Shown here: piece by piece, positions 41,326 to 58,729 of the stretch
How positions within the stretch are numbered: position 1 is the stretch's first letter
Layout of the letters: each line of letters begins with the position of its first letter
NCBI RefSeq assembly: GCF_009914755.1
Contig: NC_060925.1
Source of the DNA: the human T2T-CHM13v2.0 reference genome, Homo sapiens
Length of the DNA stretch: 64,000 nt
Direction: 5' to 3' (one strand)
Notes under the pieces: generated by a model
Told to the model about the DNA's origin: nothing
Databases searched by the model: none
The model's input: only the letters and a program-made list of their open reading frames with translations
Translations under genes and position numbers: made by a program

Positions 41326-42560
41326 TTTGTATTGTGAAAATTTCAGAGATATTGAAAAGTACAATATAAAATAGAAAAATAAGGTATAAATATAGCAAAA
41401 CAACTGTTTAGCTCCAACTTAGCTCAGAAAAACAGAACGTTACCAACATAGCTGATGCATCCTATGTATTGCTGGTCTAGCATTTCCTTCTTCCTCCCTT
41501 CAAGGGTAATTTCTACTCTCAATATTGTATTTATTTTTCCCTTAGATTTCCTTATAGGTATGTGTCTTCCTGAGCAGTAGCTGGTTAAATTTTGTTTGAT
41601 TTTTATGTAAATGCCATACTGTGTGTAATCTATGACCTGCCTTTTTTATTCTCTATTATAGTTTTAATATTTATTCATGCTGATGCCTGCACCTGTGGCC
41701 CACTTATTTAGTGTAGTACTCCACTAATGACTATAGCTCAATTAATTAATCTTCTCTCCCGTGAATGGATATTAAGATTGTTTTCGGTGATTTTTTTTGG
41801 CCAGGTGCACATCTTTAGTGCATATATCTAGGAGTGAAATTGCTGTCTTAAACTTTACATTTACATTTTCAACTTTGCAAAATGATGCCTTTTTTTCCCC
41901 AAAGTGGTTGTATCAATTTACTCCAACAGTCATGTATGAGAATTTGTGGTGCTTCATATCTCTGTCTTTACTTGTTACTGCCTGCTATGGTTTGAATGTA
42001 TGTGTCCCTCCAAAATTTGCATGTTAGAACTTAAACCCCAAACGTGGCAGTACTAAGAGGTGAGACTTTCTGGAGGTAATTTGGTCATGAGGGCTCTGCC
42101 GTCATGAATGAGATTAATGCCTTATAAAAGGGCTGGAGGGACCTAGCTAGGTCCTTTTTCCCTTCCGCTGCTTCTACCACATGAGGACACAGCATTTGAC
42201 CCTTCTGGAGGACATGGCAAGCAACAGGTACTATCTTGGAAACAGAGAGATCCAACCCTCACCAGACACTGAACCTGCCAGTGTCTTGATCTTGGACTTC
42301 CCAATCTCCAAAACTGTGAGAAATTAATTTCTATTATTGATAATTTGCTCAGTCTGTGATATTTTGTTATAGCAGCAGAAACATACTAAGACACTGCTCA
42401 AGATTTTTTTTCCAATTTTATACTAGACGTTGTAAAGTGGTATCGCATACTGATTTTAATTTCCATTTTCCTGATAATTAATGAGGCTGAGCTTCTTTTC
42501 TTATTTATATCTGCCATTCTTGCTTCCTCTTCTGAAAAATTCTTATTCTTCTCTCCTGTT
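41326..42560 (-). mobile_element. L1ME 3' region
   Basis: TATTGTGAAAATTTCA; ATATCTAGGAGTGAAATTGCTG; AAAGTGGTTGTATCAATTTACTCC; GTGGTATCGCAT...TTTTAATTT. Candidate TSD GT(C/T)CATCT. Confidence 0.7.
41983..42393 (+). mobile_element. MaLR solo LTR, MSTD-like
   Basis: TGCTATGGTTTGAATG...CTAAGACA with TG..CA ends; 5-bp TSD CTGC(C/T). Confidence 0.88.
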
Positions 42561-42590
42561 GTTCATCTGCATTTTAAAAAATTCTGGACA

Positions 42591-43585
<995 letters not shown>

Positions 43586-44086
43586 ATCATGCAATGGAAA
43601 TAGAACCCAAGTCTCAGGATTGTCTTTTTTTATTTTTATTTTTTGTAAAATCAATCAATTCCTCAAGGTCAATAACTGAGTCTTCTCAGGCTGGTGTGTT
43701 CTTTTTCCTAGGGTATCTTTCACATACTTAGTGTGAAGATAAAAGGAGACCATTGGCTTCATTGTTTAAGCAAACATATTTAATATTGCACAATCAACTA
43801 ACTGTACCCTTAAGACCATAGATACATTAAAAAAATTCTTAGTGATGAAAAACAGTAATATTTTAGTGTGAGTATGCTTAAAGAAAATAGTTTAAATATT
43901 TTAGGAATTAAATCTGCTGAATAAAATGAACTAGGCAATACTACTTTTCATAAAAAATATTGACAGTGCTCTGTATGCAAAAATATTAGAGGATTGATTA
44001 TGTGGAAATATAAAGGAATAAGACTGAATTTCTTATGTGACTTATAAATTACCCCTAAAGTAATTTATATATGAATACTTCACCTA

Positions 44087-44153
44087 CATATATATATACA
44101 CATATATATTTATATATATACAAATATATACATACATATATATATATACACAC
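44087..44153. repeat. (TA)n/(CATATA)n simple repeat
   Basis: Directly visible. Confidence 0.9.
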
Positions 44154-44489
44154 AATTCATAAACCAATAAATTCTCTGATGTGCATATTTGACAACCATT
44201 GCTGGCATTTTACAATTTCATTTACAGCAAGCCCTTCTTGGTAGTTTCTTTGTGTGATTGATGCTGAATACAGCTTTGTTGCTGCCTCCTCAGGTCTGAG
44301 TTGGTGTGCAGGCAATAAGGAGGTCCAGCTTTCTGAAGCCCAGTTGAATCAGGCTCTCTAGTGATGCTACAGATCATCAGAATGGTTCATTTGGGTGATA
44401 ACAAAGTTACATTAAACACAATCTATCTCTCATAATGATGGCAGAAGAATGTGGGTGTTTTCTTTCATGAAATCCCCCAGTACCATTTG

Positions 44490-44975
44490 GATCAGTAGCA
44501 GACATGATTAACTGGTGACCCCAAAGCATTTCTTATTCCTTACCTCTTTTATCTCTTTTCCCCTTCCATTAGAATTTGAAAAGCCAGATACATACATGTG
44601 ACCCTGTTCTGGCCAAAGAAACTTAAGTTTCTGAGAAAGATAATTTGCTTCCCAAGGAAAGGGGTGTATGAAGAGAGGTCATTGACATTGCTCTTCCCCA
44701 CCTCCCCTTTTTCAATTGTGGACATTGTTGTGATGATATTATACCTGGAACTGTAGTGGTCAGTCTATAACTACAAGGGCAAAACCCTAAAACAATGAGG
44801 TGGTGGAACACAAGGATGGAAAGAGACTGGTTCATGATGACCCTGTTTAGCAAAGGAATGAACCCTGGAAATACTTTCCTCCATACATATGCATAAGTAA
44901 ACAATAAATGCTTTTTTGTTTGCTGCTCATGGATTTTCTATTACTTGAAGCTAGATACATCCTAATCGATAGAAT
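44490..44975 (+). mobile_element. MLT1-type LTR
   Basis: CATGTGACCCTGTTCTGGCCAA; ATACCTGGAACTGTAGTGGTCA; TTTTCTATTACTTGAAGCT...CATCCTAATCGATA. Confidence 0.65.
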
Positions 44976-45038
44976 CACATGTTGAAAGAGTCTACTATCC
45001 ATAATTATCTCAATAATCTGTTTGAAAACATCTATTGG

Positions 45039-45175
45039 GGCCAGGTGCAGTGGCTCACACCTGTAATCCCAGCATTTTGGGAGGCTGAGGCAAGCAGTTC
45101 GCTTGAGCTCTGAAGTTCAAGACCAGCCTAGGCAACATGGACAAACCCCATCTCTAAAAAAAAATTAAAAACAAA

Positions 45176-45177
<2 letters not shown>
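45039..45177 (+). mobile_element. Free left Alu monomer (FLAM_C-like)
   Basis: Single Alu left arm (CGCTTGAGCTC..AGCCTAGGCAACAT) ending in an A tail, with no right arm. Confidence 0.85.

Positions 45178-45229
<52 letters not shown>
45178..45229. repeat. (TATC)13 tetranucleotide STR
   Basis: Perfect, uninterrupted units. Confidence 0.97.
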
Positions 45230-45230
<1 letters not shown>

Positions 45231-47590
45231 CAACATTCTCTTGGTGAGTTTTCTGTTATCTGTCCTGAAATGAGCTTCAAGAATCTCCTTTAGTTTTCCT
45301 TTCCTGAGATTTTTTTTTTCTTTAAAAACAACTTCTTACTCATCTTCCTTATATGCTACATCCTTCTGGTACTGGCTGTGAATACTTTTACAGTGATGGT
45401 TTTATCATCTTTATGGCAATCTGACTCATATTTAAATTTCATCATATTTTGCATCTGGACTAACATAAGATATTCTGTATTCAACGACATGGAAGACTTG
45501 CCTGATTTACTGAGAAATTGCTAATTTTGTCCCTTTAGGGAGTTTTAACAAACTCTTCACCTACAGGATAGTTTTCCTTTCCAAAGTTCACATTTCATAG
45601 GAATTCATGAAACTTATTGGAAAAGCTGGCTTATGGGAACTAGGTGTATCCATAAATCCTCTTGATACTTCTTGCAAAATAATATTAGTAGTCTAAGTTG
45701 TTATTTTTCTGTCCCTGCCTCCTAAGTTACTGATCATTGGACTTAAAGCATAGATATTTAATAAATATGGGACTTTTTATTCTAGGGAAGAAGTTGCATA
45801 TAAGCTGCTAATATTCAGGTAGAATTTTTTAAAAATTTGCTGAGGCTGAGTGTGGCCTAGCATGGTAGTGAAGTCCCTGGGACCATAATATTTAATAATA
45901 GAGGGCTTCATATATTTTACAGACTTTTTCCTCCTGAGGTCCCACCAGGTACTCAGAGTTACTTTGAGGGAAGATTAGAATGAATCCTAAGAAAACTGCC
46001 CTTGTTCTCTATAGTGCTAGCTGGGGGAAGGAATAGTAGCCACTCTGAGATTGCCCACACCTACCTCCCTAATCTTCATATGGACAAATGCCTTAATCTG
46101 CAGGAGGAAGAGTAACTAAAATTGTAGCCTGAGAGAACTGGTGCAAATCCACTGCGTCTTGGGGAAAAAAACAGGAAAAATAAAAATGTTCTACTCTGGG
46201 AAGGGGCAGGAATGTAGGTTTTGTCCAGCAATACTTCCGGAGGAGAAGGAACACTTAGGAAAATTACACCCCCTATTGTGACCCAGGTTCACAATGCCTG
46301 ATTAAGAATGAAGCTGAATCAGAATATTAGATGCTTTCCACACTCTTTAGCCCTACCCCACCATGTACATCAAATAAAAATAATTGTGACATACAACTGG
46401 GAAAGCTCCAACAAGGAGTTTCTCTTTTGAGAGAGGTGCAAAGGGATAGCCCAAAGCAAAGAAGGAAGGCTTCTGAAAAATTACTGCATACATTAAGCAC
46501 AGGGTATCACTAGAGAAATTTGAATTCTGAAATTCACTGCGTGTAATCATAGCAACTGCAAACATCAAAAACAGCCCAACACCTGATTAGATTAACACAA
46601 CCCCCTTCCCTACGCTAAACATTTAGCAGAACAAAAGGCTCACTCATCGTCAAGCATTAAAAAACATTTACTTCCATATCTACTGTCAAATTTTTTGTTG
46701 AAAGCTGGCTTTCAACAAAAAATTACAAGGAATACAAAAATGCAAAAAAAAGTCATTTGAAAAGACACAAATCAGAGCCCGTCTCAGATATGACATAGAT
46801 ATTGGAACTATCAGAAAGGAAATTTAAAATAACTGATTAGCATGTTAAAAACTCTATTGGAAAAGTTAGACAACATGTAATGGCAGATAGATAATTTTAG
46901 CTGAGAAATGAAAACTGTAAGAAGCAAAGGAAAATGCTATTAAAAAAACCCCACAGTAACAAAAATAAAGAATACCTTCAACTGACTCACTAGTGGACTT
47001 ACATAGTTGGGGAAAGAATCACTGAATTTGGAGGTAGGTGAATGGAAATTTCCCAAAATAAAACTCAAAGAGAAAATAGATTTGAGAAAACCGAAGAAGA
47101 TCAGAGCATCCAAGAGCTGAGACATTATCAAACAGCCTATTCTACATCTAACTGGAATCCTAGGAGGAGAAAAAAGAGAAAACTAGTCAGAAAAAAATAT
47201 TTGAAGAAATAATGGCTGAGAATTTCCCAAAATTTGGTAAAACGACACCAAATTATAGATCCAAAAGCTGGAAGAACATCAAGCAAGATAAATGCCAAAA
47301 CCTCACACTTCAACATATAATGTTTTTAAAAGTTGAAAACCAAATACAAAGGGAAAGTATTGAAAGCAGGCAAAGGAAAAAAGTCATATTATCTGCAGAA
47401 GAATAAGAATTATAGCAGGCTCCTCATCAGAAAACATGCAAGCCAGAAGACACTGAAGTGACGTATTTAAAGTGCAAAGAAAAAAATTGTCAAGCCAGAA
47501 TTCTATATTTTTCCTAAGTGGAAAGAAAATTAAACGCCTTCTCAGAAAAATAAAAACTGAGAGAATTAATGGCTATCAAATCGAATCTAG

Positions 47591-48041
<451 letters not shown>

Positions 48042-49229
48042 TAGCTGACTGTTTAAAGCAAAATTGTAAAAATATATATTGTTTTTGTAACATATAATCA
48101 AGTGAAATTTATGACAAAAATGATACAAGAGATGGGAGGGAGGAATTAGGAATCTACTGGTTTAAGGTCCTTATACTACACATGAAGTGATGTAATATTA
48201 TTTAAAGGTTGACTTATTTTGTTAAAATATGTAATTATAACCCCTAGGAAAATCACTTAAAAAGTTTAAAAAAGTTATAATTAATAAGTCAATTTAGGAA
48301 ATAAAATGGAATAATAAAAATGTTCAGTTCAGCTCAGAGATGGCAGAAAAGGAGGAAAAAAGAGACAATGAGTAAATTAAACAAATAGACGACAGCTAGC
48401 AAGATGGAATATATAAACTCAACCAGATTAATAATAACTTTAAACATGAATGGTCTAAGCATGCCAGTTAAATGTCAGAGATTTTCAGATAGGATAAAAT
48501 AACAAGATCCATCTGTATGCAATGTACGAACAACAACAACAAAACACTTTAAATATAAAGAATTATATAAGTTAAATGTAAGAGGATATGGAAAGATATA
48601 CCATGACAATGCTAACTGAAAGAATTATGGATAACTATATTAACTTTAAACAAAGCAGACTTCAGAATAAGAAATATTATCAGAGACAAACAGAGGCATT
48701 GCCTAATAATAATGGAGCAAATTATCCAAGAAGATATAATCCTGAATGTGTATGCTTGTGATGTGACCTCAAATACATGCAGCAAAACTACCAGATTTGA
48801 AAGAGATAGAAACAAATTTACAATTATAATTACAAACTTCAACACTCCTTTCTTATTGACAAAACAAGAAGGCAAAAATCGTTAAGGATATAGATGGCCT
48901 AAACCATGCTATAAAAATTATGTATTTGACCTTTATAGAGCACTCCAATCAACAAAAACATAATTTTTATTTTTCTCCAGTGAACACTGAACATTCACAA
49001 AGATAGACTATATTCTGGGCCATAAAACAAACTTTAATTAATTTAACAGAATAGAAGTTATACTAAGTTGGTTCTTGGATAAGAATAAAGCTAAACTAGA
49101 AATCAATAACAAAAAGATCTATTGAAAATCCTTCAATATTTGAAAATGAAAAAATACTCTTCTAAATAAACTCAGGGTTTAACTAAGAAGTCTCAAGGAT
49201 AATTTAAAACAAAACGAAACAAAGCAAAA

Positions 49230-50445
49230 AGCATCTGGTACAGATAACCAAGGGGAGGAGAAAAGCTAGAATGAACCATGTTGTATTAGGTTATAGTCAG
49301 AGATGTTGGTACGATCTCATGTTTAGCTTAATATAAATGTAAATGGAGAGATACAAAAATAATTATAGCTAAATGTGTAAATTAGCTCTTTCTGTTAAGA
49401 ACTAGAGTCAGTGACACTTCAGTGGCAATGAGCATACAGAGAGGTTTCTAAACACAGTTCTTCTAAAAGGAACAAGGGACTCTTAAGACATGGCCAGTTC
49501 TAGGGCTGGACAGGAAAATACAAGATGTGCTTGAAATATCTAGTAGTGTCAGAAAATAAATAAGTGCTCAGAAACAAGTTTACAGAAGCCAAGCTGAAAA
49601 ATGCTTCCCATGGCCAAAATTGGAACAATTTGAGCAAGAAAATAAATTATGTGGCACTGGGCTACAACACAAGTATAAAATAAATACACGTGCATCTACA
49701 TTGATATAAACAAATGATTGAAAAATAAATAAATTGAAGGAGACCAACCTTTCTTACAGAAATATTACATAATCTATGAAATATTGTCTCCTCTAGGGGG
49801 TCAAGCTTAACTCTCTCTGCCTTGAGTGTGGACTGTACTTTGTGTCTTGCTTCCAAATAATTGAATCTGCAAAAGGAAATAAAGTCGCTTCACAGTGGAG
49901 AACTCTCATAAACACTGACTTGCCTAGGTGACCAAGGTTAACATCACCAGTGATGAGTCATGTTGATAGCAAGTAACCTCTGATAAAATGAGATGAGAAG
50001 CACACTTCAACTCTGTGGCCTTCTTCTCCAAAACACCTAGCCACATTTGAATGAGAAAACCACCAGACAAAACCAAATTGAGCAACATTCTACAAAATAC
50101 ATGAAAGCTACTCCCCAAATCTGTAGAGGTCATCAAAAGCAAAGAAAGAGTGAGAAGCTCTCCCAGACAACAGAAGAGCATGGTAAGGAGACATGACATT
50201 TCAGTGCAATGTGATCCTGGAATAGAGAACAGGACACTAGTGGACATACTAGTGAAATTTGAGTTATGTCTGGAGCTTAGTTAATAGTAATGTATGAATA
50301 TTAGTTTCCTAGTTTTGAAAAATGTATTATGTTTATAGAATGTGATAACAATAGAGAAAACTAGGTGATGGGTACAAAATAATTCTCTGAATTATCCTTG
50401 CAGCTTTTCTGTCAGCCTAAATTTACTCTAAAAATTGTTAAAAAT
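49230..50445 (+). mobile_element. L1MD-like 3'UTR nested in the ORF2 of the older L1
   Basis: AAAGCTAGAATGAACC; GGCCAAAATTGGAACAATTTGAGCAA; GGTTAACATCACCAGTGATGAGTCATG; CATTCTACAAAATAC. Host ORF2 resumes at ~50445. Confidence 0.75.
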
Positions 50446-52899
50446 AATTTGAACTAAAGGAAAATGCAACATATCAAAATTTGTGGGATGCTACTAAAGC
50501 AATGCTGAGGTACATTTTTAGTGCCAAATGCCTCTATTGAAATGAAGAATGAGCCAAATTCAGTAACCCAAGCTTACACCTTGAGAAATTAGAGAAAGAA
50601 GCTTAGAGAAAGAAGAACAAGTTAAAAACAAAGCAAGCAGAAGGAAATAAATAATAAAGATTAGAGCAGAGGTTAATGAAACTGAAAACATAAATTCAAT
50701 AGACAAAATTAATGAAACCAAAAGCTGACTCTTTTAAAGGATCAATATAATTGGTAAACCTCTTGCAAGGCTGATTAAGAAAAACTGACACACATTCCTA
50801 ATAGCAGAAATGAAAGAGGGGACATGACTAGTGAATTCACAAACATTGATAGAATAGTAAGGAGACCTTATAACCAATTGTATGCCCATAAATTCAGCAG
50901 CTTTGAGGGACTGGATCCATTTATTGCAAGATAAAAACTATCAAAAAGAATATTAGAAAACTTGCTAGTTCTATGGCTATTAAGTAAATTGAATTTTTAG
51001 TTTAAAACCTGCTAAAGGAAACTCTAGGCTCAGTTTATTTCACTGGCAAATTCTATGAAACATTTAGGATAAAATAGTCCCAGTTCTTCACAATCTCTTC
51101 CAGAAAATAGAAGAGGAGGTAGCACTTTCCAACTCATTTTATGAAGCCAGTCAAAGATGCTATAAGAAAAATAAACTCTAGATGGATATCTCCCAGGAAC
51201 ATAAACATAAGATTCCTCAATAAAATATTAGCAAATCAAATTCAGCAATATGTAAGTGTGAGACTCACCCCACTGATGAATATCTAGAGCTAAATGAAAG
51301 CAAAAATGTCTTCATTCATTCAGCTATTTTAAAAAATTAAACACACATTTATTCAGTATTTACTATATGTTAGAACATATATCGGGCTCTGGGGGTATCA
51401 CTTAAACAATGACAGGAAGAAGAACTTCTGTTGTGACCCCTGGAGAAAGAGATCAGTCATAACCATTGGTGAATTCCTTTTAGGAGACACAAAAATGACA
51501 AGATGTATGCATGCCATCTTCTTGAGATTCCACTATATTGCTGTGAATTTGATGTTGCTTATGAAATCTTTGGACTCCTAATGATAGGTGTAAGATTGAA
51601 AGAAATAATCACAATGTCTAGACAAATTTTTATGAAGATTCTGAGGTAGGAGGTAAAACTTAAGGCTTTGGAAGCATATAGGAACACATTCAGTGTTTCC
51701 ATTGCAGGATGAAACTTTAGAAGACAGAAGATCTGGAAGTTGAACAGCTGCTGTCTGTAAACTTGAATAAGGACTGAAATAACTTTTGGCTAAAGATAAA
51801 AAAAATGATATGCCTGCAAGAAATGTATTTAATTGGCATCTAGGTAACTTGGTCGAGAGTGATTTAAATTAAATGTGGAAATGAAGAGAGGATTTGGTCC
51901 AGATAAACATATGACTCTAATTTCTATGTGTCAAGCACAGAGCGGGAAGGCAAGACTGAGAGTTTTTGTGGCATCCAGTGAACCACTGTGGCATTCAGTG
52001 ATTCAGTTCCTAAGAAAACAATTAGGAAAAGGCCCAGGAATGCTAGTGGTAATTCAGATACCAATTCAAAGATCATAGGAAATATGGAAAGTACATTGAG
52101 ATTATAACTTGGGAAAGTATAATTGGTCTTATATGTATCACTGAGTCCTGGTAGGATAGAAGTCAACTTTGGAAATGGTGGAAAGGTATGTCTTCTGACA
52201 AGTTCAATCAGTGGTTTTCAATAGGAAATAAAGAGTGAGGGTCGTGAGCATCAGAGTTTCATGTGGAATTTTAAAAGATCTGACTGAGTATATTGCTCAT
52301 TAAAGTTATTAGGTGGGTATAAATAGTATAGCAAATGATTAGAAGATTATAATAGTCATTAGTGTTGCTCAATAATATTTTGAGTTCTACTCTTGAGCTC
52401 AGGGAATATAGCCCTTCTGTGCCTCTTCTTTAAAGTTAATGTGACTTTCTATGATGAATGAAAGTGAGCAAAGTGAACAATGTTATCAGGATTTGGAGCA
52501 CATTTGCATGAGTGAGAAATAAATGATTGCTGTATTAAACCATTTAGATTTAAGGATGATTTGTTACCATTGCATAATCTAGCCCATCTTCATTGATACA
52601 AAGATGTATGTCATTGTAAAAATTTATAGATTGGTGACAATATATAATAGATGATTACAGAAGTGGATTTCAACCAAGTTTTAACTATAAAAATGTTTTC
52701 TCGAATACAAGCTTACAGAGATTCCCAGTATATAAAGAGATAAATTATGCAACCGCTTTGTTAGAAGCAAAGCTGCACTGGTCTCTAGCCAGCCTTTCCA
52801 CTTCTCCCCTCACCAGACTTTAAGGCGTCTGAGGTCCTTGTGCCCAATTTGTAGAACCTCTAAAGCATAACAAAACACAGTTGAAAAACCATAGCTATA

Positions 52900-53085
52900 G
52901 GAAGATAGATTTTTAGCTCAATAAAAGGAAGTACTTTCAGTCAGAAATGTCCAAAGATAGAATTGGCTACTAAAGTAGTGAGCTGCTGTCACAGGAAGTG
53001 TTAAAGCACCGATTGGTTATACTAGGCAGATGTAGTGATAGAAGGTATTCTGTCATTGGCTGACCACTTCTAGCATCAGAGGTTT
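52900..53085 (+). mobile_element. L3/CR1 3' fragment
   Basis: AGATTTTTAGCTCAATAAAAGGAAGTACTTTC...GTCCAAAGATAGAAT...GTAGTGAGCT..GTCACAGGAAGTGTT. Confidence 0.6.
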
Positions 53086-53211
53086 TGATTCTTAGGCCTC
53101 TTCCAATGGATAACCTCTTCTATTATTCTTTATCTCTTTCTCCGCCTTATTTTTCTTCATTAACATTATCACTTGTTTATGTTATATAAAAATTCATCTA
53201 TCTGTCTAGCT

Positions 53212-54426
<1,215 letters not shown>

Positions 54427-55149
54427 CTATCCATCTATAGCTCTCAACGCCTCTGGAATTTAACCTCCATAAAGATACAGAACATAACTTTGTTATGGTC
54501 TTTGTTGTCAGTTCTCAACAAATATTTACTTAGTGAATAAATTAATAATCAACAAATAATAGGACAAGCAGGAATTTTTAAATAAGCAAGTTGAGAAACC
54601 AGGGAACATGAATGGGAAGGTTTAGATGAGACTGAAATTGCTTTCTGTCTTTTTCTGGTATGCCTGCTTTGGCTGTTTCATAGGGCAGTACATAGGAAAT
54701 GGCATCTAACACTCTTCAGTTTGTGTATAGAAATCATCCCTCTCTGTTCTCCAAAGAGAGCTTCCCAAAGCAATTCCTGAGCCATTCACAAGTTTCTGAA
54801 GAAAATTTGACATTTTTCCTCTCTTGTGGTGTTCATCGTAAGTGTATTTGCAAGCAGGAGTCCTGATTTTATAAGCAGAGAAAAAATTTTAACCCAGAAA
54901 AGTGTTAATTTTCAAAATACGATATCGGCAAACCTAAAGGAGAAGCCAAGACCAATTAGGTGGCCCTCAGAGAAGGCTGAGCAAGTGAAAAATAAAGGCA
55001 AATCCAACCATCTTGAGTAGGTTTCACTGAAAAGTTCTCTTGATTGAAATCTATTGATTATCTTAGTGAAGTCACTAGAGGCATCAACTTTTGACCAGTT
55101 TGGCCACATTTAAAAAATGTTTTCTGAGGACATTTGCACTGCTGTAGAC

Positions 55150-55840
<691 letters not shown>

Positions 55841-56081
55841 CATTTTCCTCATGTAATATTGATTACATGTGATGGTTGGGTGACTAGTGAGGGCTACAGT
55901 CTGTTGTTTAGCATCCAGTAATTCTTCTGCGAGGCTGTTAACCTTCCTGGTTTTCATTTTCCTCAGGTGTAAGTGAAGTGGCTGAACCAGGTAAACACCG
56001 GGGCATCCTATTGCTCTGGCCTTCTATGCTCACACATACTAAGCTAAGCACTTGTACTATTCTCTGACAGCTTTTTTTTTC

Positions 56082-56141
56082 CAACTCCTCTACATTTTTG
56101 TTTCAACTCCTTTACTTTTTTGTTTCAACTCCTTTACATTT
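56082..56141. repeat. 22-bp tandem repeat, ~2.7 copies (CAACTCCTYTACWTTTTTGTTT)
   Basis: Units start at 56082, 56104 and 56126. Confidence 0.85.
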
Positions 56142-56763
56142 CTATCTGTATTGCTATATCTCTCTTTCTCCATCTTTATCTCTGTCTTTATCATCATATA
56201 AAAGATTATTGTTCTCTTACTCTCTATTTTAGAGAAGGATGCCTACAGCTTATCCATGGTAGAGAGGAAGGGTGTTGGATCTTCATGAAGGCAAAAGGGC
56301 ATGCCTGACCGTCCATTCTCCATTCTTCCTTCCTATGAGAGACACTGCTTTCTTTGTTTATAGTCTTCATGGGGCTTAAGCAGTAAAACACGCTGATTCT
56401 AAAAGAGGATTCCAGAACTCAGGGAGAAGACTTCCTTTTTACTTCCGCCATACTTCCTGAGTATAATTTGCTCATAATATAAACAGATCAACTGCTGGAA
56501 ATGTCACTGTATACTTTTTAAAATTAAACATACCAGCCAGCACCAGTTTTTTTTTTTTTAATCATTAAGCTACCATGGTGATAGATATCCTAGACACATG
56601 TATATAAACAACAATTTACATTTTTCTATATATACTGCCCTAGAGATTATTTATATATCATGTATTGTATATACAAAGGACAAAGGGCTTATCACATTTA
56701 AATGGATAGCTTCTGAAACAGTATTTCTCAAGTCTGGTTCACAGGGATAAAGATACTACCTAC

Positions 56764-57086
<323 letters not shown>

Positions 57087-57189
57087 CTACAATTCATTAG
57101 CATCTTCAGTAACTTGAGAACCAGAGTATATGGGGAAAGCTGACGAACAACCTTACTGGCATGGATTTTGTTTTCTTTACAATTCCTAT

Positions 57190-57425
57190 ATTTTTAACTT
57201 TTATTTTAAGTTCAAGGGTACATATGCAGATTTGTTACATAGGTAAACTTGTGTGTGTGTGTGTGTGAGAGAGAGAGGTCTGTTGTACAGATTATTTCAT
57301 CACCCAGGTTTTAAGCCTAGTACCCATTAGTTATTTTTCTACCTCCACCTTCTGAAAAGGCCCAGTGTGTGTTACCTTGTTCCCCTCTATGTGTCCCTGT
57401 GTTCTCATCATTTAGCTCACACATG
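57190..57425 (-). mobile_element. Old L1PA (PA13-16-like) 3' end containing (TG)n(AG)n
   Basis: TTTTAAGTTCAAGGGTACATATGCAG..TTGTTACATAGGTAAACTTG; ACAGATTATTTCATCACCCAGG. Confidence 0.8.
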
Positions 57426-57928
57426 TGATTTTATTTTAGCACAACTCCTGTAGTGTACTTTTGCAGTATTTTCTACCACTTTGGATATAAAACATCATTG
57501 CAAAAATAAATGCATTTTATTTTAGTGTCATAGCTAGCTGGGTAGTACACAGTTGTTTGAAGGGATTGGGTTTTTTCCTCTTGACTTCCTTTTTTGTTCA
57601 TTAGAAGTGTATGTCTTGCCAGTGAAACCTCCGCATGTACTTTTTATTTAGAGTCCGTAAGAACGGACATTATTTTTCAAAATGGGTAAAATATTTCACT
57701 AATGCATTTGTTATTTTGTGTTCTAGATCATCAAAAAAATGAATATTGACAAGAAATTTAATTGCCCCTTGCTTGTGGAGGAGGACAGAGATTATGTGGA
57801 AATAAAAACTATAGTAGAAACACACTTTCAAGCCTTTATAAGGTGTCTACTTTAGAAATAATTTTGTTTAGAACAGTTTACATTTTGATCTAATTAATCT
57901 TTTCTTCTTCCTTCCTTTAGATTGTCAC

Positions 57929-58112
57929 TATATATATATGTATATGTATATATATACGTATATGTATATATATGTATATGTATATATATGTATGTGTATA
58001 TATGTATATATATGTATATGTATATATGTATATGTGTATATATATGTATATGTATCTATATGTATATGTGTATATATATGTGTGTATATATATACATATA
58101 CATATATATATG
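57929..58112. repeat. (TA/TATG)n low-complexity tract, ~180 bp
   Basis: Directly visible; explains the Y/I/M/V/C ORFs at 57922-58181. Confidence 0.95.
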
Positions 58113-58729
58113 TTTTTTTCCTCCCATTTCTTTATTGTAGGAGCAGATAGTGCTAGTGATCGATTTAGCCCTGAAAGATGACTTGATAGTACTAGGTTAC
58201 TCTAATAGCATTCCTTTACTTTCTTTTTCCTTTAATAAGAAAGGCAGGAAAAAAGAAATTCTGTTTTTCTTGGTGTTTGGAAAAGCTTCACTAATGTTAA
58301 TTATTCTTACTGATTCATAAGCTCAAGAGGTTTCTGTTGATTAAAAATGACAATTGCAAGCACAGTTTCTGTGGAACCAAAAATACCTTGAAGCTAGTAA
58401 GTGTTTTGTATAATTTCATTGTGTTGGATGATGAACTTAAAAAGGTTGTATTAAGAAAAATAATTTATTGCTGAAAATCAGTTGTAACTTGTGGCTTGTG
58501 CAGTAGGTGTGTAAGATATCGAATTTTTGCTGTATACTTTAGGATTTGGAAATACTTAGACTATAAGCTATAAACTTAAGTTATGAAATAACAGTTATAA
58601 AAATCTCTATATTATTTACCTCCAGCTTTCCAAGATTAGATCTTTTGTTAGATGCATGTTTTGCTGTGATTTTATTTTATTATTTTATACTTTCATTCAA
58701 TACCAATGATTTTTTTTTTTTAGTATTCT

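Noticed and set aside
57922-58181. Y/I/M/V/C-rich ORFs and a strong-looking acceptor at 58140
   Set aside because: The ORFs are translations of a (TA/TG) simple repeat; no convincing partner donor was seen for the acceptor.
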